Positions 61,228-64,000 of a stretch of DNA of 64,000 nt are shown here, piece after piece. The translations under genes were made by a program, and so were the position numbers. The notes beneath the pieces are model-generated. The model was not told where the DNA came from and did not search any database. It saw nothing but the letters and a program-made list of their open reading frames with translations. Source of the stretch: Candidatus Binatia bacterium (lineage in GTDB: Bacteria > Desulfobacterota > Binatia > UBA12015); NCBI GenBank assembly GCA_036563615.1, contig DATCMB010000006.1:130149-194148 (forward strand), read 5' to 3'. Within the stretch, counting starts at the first letter, position 1; the number at the start of each line of letters is the position of its first letter.

Positions 61228-62895
61228 GTGGACGGCCTGCTGCGCCTCGCTGGCGCGTTCACGGCGTCGGCCACGTGGTGGGTGTTCCTGCTCGCCTCGG
61301 CGGTCGGATGCGTGGTGCTCGTGCTGCGCCTTGCGTCCTTCGTCCGCCGGCTCGCGACGGGCGACGCGGACGCGCGTCGTCGAGCATTCGTTTCCTGCGC
61401 GCTGTTCGCGATCGCGTTCGCCGTGCGCTGGCTGCTGCCCGAGCGCACGCACTACACGTTCAACGACGAGTACGAGTACGTCGCCTACGCCCGCACGCTG
61501 CTCGCGACGCACGTCTACGGTCTGCCGAGCGGTCCGCCGGCGGGCGTCTTCCTGTGGGCGCTCGCGTTCGTGCCGCTCGGGGTGTCGACGCACGCGGTGT
61601 TCACCACGACGATCGTGCTCGGGAGCCTGACGCCGCCGGCGCTCGCCTGGATGCTGCGCGTGCTGCGCGTCGAGCGCGCGGTCGCGCTGACCGCCGCCGT
61701 GCTGCTGGCGCTCGCGCCGCTGCACGTCAAGCACTCGGCGTCGGCGTCGCTCGAGGTGCTGTCGCTACTGTGCGTGGTGCTCGCGGTCGGGACGTTCGTC
61801 GAGCTGCTGCGGACGCCGGGCCTGCTGCGCTCGGTGTGCTTCGCAGTCAGCCTGTTCTTCGCGCTCACGATGCGCGTCGAGAACTGGGCGCTGCTCGCGC
61901 TGCTGCCGCTCGTCTGGTGGCTGTGGCGTGACGAGGCGCGGCTGCGCTCGCCGGTGTCGGCGCTCTTCGTGCCGCCCGCGCTCGCCGTGGCGGTCGCGGC
62001 GGTGTACGTGCCCGGGATCCTCGCGGCGCCGATCCGCTGGGAGCCGGCGTGGAAGAGCCGTCTGCCGGCGGCGAAGCTGCTGCTCACGAACCTCGCGTTC
62101 TTCGTCGGCGGCGATCCGTGGACGGGCAAGGTGCCGCTCGTGCTCGGTGCGGTCGGGCTCGTCGCCGGGCTGCGCACGCGGGCGCGCGCGGTCGCGCTCT
62201 GGCTCGCGTTCCTGTTGCTCTACTCGGTGATCTACGTCTTCTACGGGCTCAACGTCGGCTGGCTCGAGGAGCCGCACCAGCCGCCGCCGTGGGGCGCGCG
62301 CGGCGCGGGACACGACATGTTCCGCTTCAACGTCGTGCTGCTCGCGCCGGTCGTGCTGCTGCTCGCGTACGGGCTCGTCGCGCTGGCGCGCGGCGCGTGG
62401 GCGGCGCTGCGGGTCGACGTCGACGGCCGGCGGCGTCCGCTGCGCGTCGCCGCGCTCGCGGGCGGCGTCGTGCTGGTTGCGGTGCTGCTCGCGTGGCGAG
62501 GAGAATACGCCACGTACCGACCGCTCGAGCTGATCGCGTCCCGCTACAACCGCGGCTACGAGATCGCGGAGCTGCGCTTTCTGCTTGACGCGACCGCGAG
62601 CGTCGCGGCGGGCGCGCGGCTCTACCTGCCACCACCCGCACAGGGCATCGTCCTCGGGGAGATCGAGACCCGGCCGCTCGCGGCGCTGCACGTCGACCTC
62701 GCACGCGGCAACACGGGCGGCGAGGCGCTGCTCTACGTGAGCGGACGCCACCTCGGCGTCTCCGGGGTGCGGACGCGCATCGCGACGCTGCAGCGACGCT
62801 TCGAGCTGCACGAGATCGCGCGCCGGCGCGAGGGGCCCGACACCTTCCAGCTCTTCGCCCTCCGCCCGCGAAAGCGCGCGGCGGCGGCGCAGTGA
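61228..62895 (+). CDS. Polytopic membrane protein, GT-C-fold glycosyltransferase-like (ArnT/PMT-type)
   Basis: About 11 TM helices. NDEYEYVAYAR acidic motif in the first extracytoplasmic loop, as in GT39/GT83 enzymes. Starts 10 nt after otsAB. Confidence 0.5.
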   Translation: MDGLLRLAGAFTASATWWVFLLASAVGCVVLVLRLASFVRRLATGDADARRRAFVSCALFAIAFAVRWLLPERTHYTFNDEYEYVAYARTLLATHVYGLPSGPPAGVFLWALAFVPLGVSTHAVFTTTIVLGSLTPPALAWMLRVLRVERAVALTAAVLLALAPLHVKHSASASLEVLSLLCVVLAVGTFVELLRTPGLLRSVCFAVSLFFALTMRVENWALLALLPLVWWLWRDEARLRSPVSALFVPPALAVAVAAVYVPGILAAPIRWEPAWKSRLPAAKLLLTNLAFFVGGDPWTGKVPLVLGAVGLVAGLRTRARAVALWLAFLLLYSVIYVFYGLNVGWLEEPHQPPPWGARGAGHDMFRFNVVLLAPVVLLLAYGLVALARGAWAALRVDVDGRRRPLRVAALAGGVVLVAVLLAWRGEYATYRPLELIASRYNRGYEIAELRFLLDATASVAAGARLYLPPPAQGIVLGEIETRPLAALHVDLARGNTGGEALLYVSGRHLGVSGVRTRIATLQRRFELHEIARRREGPDTFQLFALRPRKRAAAAQ

Positions 62896-63375
62896 GCGCG
62901 CTGCCAAGCGAAAACTGTCTGCGCATGCTTGCTACCTTCGTCGACAACGGCGACGGCACGATCACGGACGCCCGCACCGGCCTGATGTGGGAGAAGCTGT
63001 CCGACGACGACAGCATCCACGACCGCGACAACCTCTTCACCCATGCCGACGCGACCGCCGTCAAGATCGCGACGCTCAACGCGAGCCACTTCGCCGGCTA
63101 CGACGACTGGCGGCTGCCGACCGTCCGCGAGCTGATGACGCTGGTTTCGTGACGGGGCGCCGCTCGGGGTTCCGTCGGCCTTCAACTCCGGCTGCACGCC
63201 CGGCTGCGACGTCCTGACCTGCAGCTGCGCCACGGGGGGCGCGTACGCGACCTCGTCGCAGGGACCCAAGAACACCTTGGTGGGCCTCATCTTCACCGGA
63301 ACGGGGGCGGCCTACTCTGCGGGCAGCCCGATCGGCGGCATGATCCGGGTGCGCGCGGTGCGCGGCGGCTCGTGA
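62892..63375 (+). pseudogene. DUF1566 (Lcl C-terminal-like) domain protein with a +1 frameshift near 63150
   Basis: Frame A carries TGLMWEK...DDWRLPTVRELMTLVS, then a stop. The +1 frame continues DGAPLGV...CSCATGGAYATSSQGPKNTLVGLIFTGTGAAYSAGSPIGGMIRVRAVRGGS, the canonical DUF1566 C-terminus. Start overlaps the previous gene's stop. Confidence 0.55.
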
Positions 63376-63478
63376 CGACTGCGCTGCGTCGCTGGTCATC
63401 GCTGCGTTTCCGCGGTTGACCGCGCTCGCGAGCGCGCGCTAGCGGGAAGGGGCCGCCCGCGTCGCTGGCGGCTTCGCG

Positions 63479-64000
63479 ATGCGCCTTCCTGCGGCACCGC
63501 TCCTCGTCCTTGCCGTCCTTCTCGCCGTCGTTCTCGCGGTCGACGCCGTCGACGCCGTGGACGCTCGGACCGCGGGCGCCGAGCGCGCAGCCGACGGCGC
63601 GCGGCTCGCAGCCGAGCTCGGCTGCGCGGCCTGCCACGCAGGGCTCGACGTCGAGAGCCCGCTGCGCGAGCGCGCACCCGACCTGAGCTACGCGGGTCTG
63701 CGCTGGCGCCGCGCGTACCTCTTCGACTACCTGCAGCGGCCGCGCGCCGTGCGTCGGCACATCGGCGCCTCGCGCATGCCGGATTTCGCGCTCGACGAGC
63801 GCGAGGCGCTCGCCCTGACGCTCTTCCTCGCCGAGCAGCGCGCCGAGCCGCCGCTGCCGCACGCCGCGCTCGAAGACCCGGCGCGTCCGCGGGCGACCGG
63901 CGAGGACGCGCAGATCTCCGATGCCTCCGAGGAGCAGCTCGTGGGCGACCTGCGCGAGCACTCGTGCCTCGCCTGCCACACCTGGCGCGGCGCGGGCGGC
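63479..64000 (+). CDS. c-type cytochrome (two CxxCH motifs), 3' partial at window end
   Basis: Signal peptide, then CAACH and CLACH heme-binding motifs. The frame stays open to the window end. It was absent from the ORF track because no stop lies inside the window. Confidence 0.5.
   Translation, partial: MRLPAAPLLVLAVLLAVVLAVDAVDAVDARTAGAERAADGARLAAELGCAACHAGLDVESPLRERAPDLSYAGLRWRRAYLFDYLQRPRAVRRHIGASRMPDFALDEREALALTLFLAEQRAEPPLPHAALEDPARPRATGEDAQISDASEEQLVGDLREHSCLACHTWRGAGG

Noticed and set aside
63293-63979. 228-aa minus ORF at the right end
   Set aside because: Opposite strand of a + frame carrying a signal peptide and two CxxCH heme motifs. The minus translation is Arg/Gly-rich.

Overview
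This is a high-GC (about 70% or more) bacterial chromosomal segment with no rRNA, no CRISPR, no obvious transposase or integrase, and no tRNA-like sequence that I could recognise by eye. Codon style and gene content (SahR-type regulator, hemerythrin, PAE-family esterases, DUF1566, many secreted hydrolases) resemble a Myxococcota or deltaproteobacteria-like soil bacterium, but that placement is inference only. I support about 65 protein-coding genes. Most six-frame ORFs in the track are GC-driven spurious frames lying opposite or overlapping these genes, and many starts shown as M are GTG or TTG codons.

Gene content from start to end:
- Left end: a 5'-partial EF-hand protein, a PHB-depolymerase-type esterase, a phosphotriesterase-family hydrolase, a family III CoA-transferase, a frameshifted PaaI thioesterase, DUF1330 and DUF202 proteins, an LplT-type MFS transporter fused to a PlsC-type acyltransferase, a secreted PAE-like esterase, a cupin, a DUF2845 protein, an MFS transporter and an aldo-keto reductase.
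- Middle: an alpha/beta hydrolase, a hemerythrin-like protein, a sahR-ahcY module (ArsR-methyltransferase-like regulator 12 nt upstream of adenosylhomocysteinase), a DUF4136 lipoprotein, a divergent lysR/azoR pair, a second PAE-like esterase, a CMD-SDR pair, a type-B carboxylesterase, a beta-lactamase-family serine hydrolase and a SYLF-domain protein. These are followed by two large polytopic membrane proteins, a PF02230 esterase next to a pair of acyl-CoA dehydrogenases, a beta-helix protein, a Cys-rich protein, a DUF882/M15 peptidase, a class II aldolase-SDR-enoyl-CoA hydratase run, and a TetR-LLM monooxygenase-alpha/beta hydrolase-P450 operon.
- Right end: a roughly 15.6 kb co-directional array of 13 genes: class III aminotransferase, small membrane protein, GH36-like hydrolase, GlgX, a complete CUT1-type sugar ABC importer, a translationally coupled MATE exporter, fused OtsA-OtsB, a GT-C-like membrane protein and a frameshifted DUF1566 gene. 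A partial c-type cytochrome runs off the end.

The best candidate for something undescribed is that carbohydrate array, which joins glycan uptake and debranching, trehalose-6-phosphate synthesis, a MATE exporter and a membrane glycosyltransferase-like protein in one strand-contiguous block. Other things worth checking are the two paralogous PAE/Notum-like esterases with Cys-rich N-domains, a perfect stem-loop over the azoR Shine-Dalgarno in the lysR-azoR intergenic region, a palindrome at the sahR start, the atypical ACAD pair, and two single-nucleotide frameshifts (thioesterase and DUF1566) that could be pseudogenes or assembly errors.
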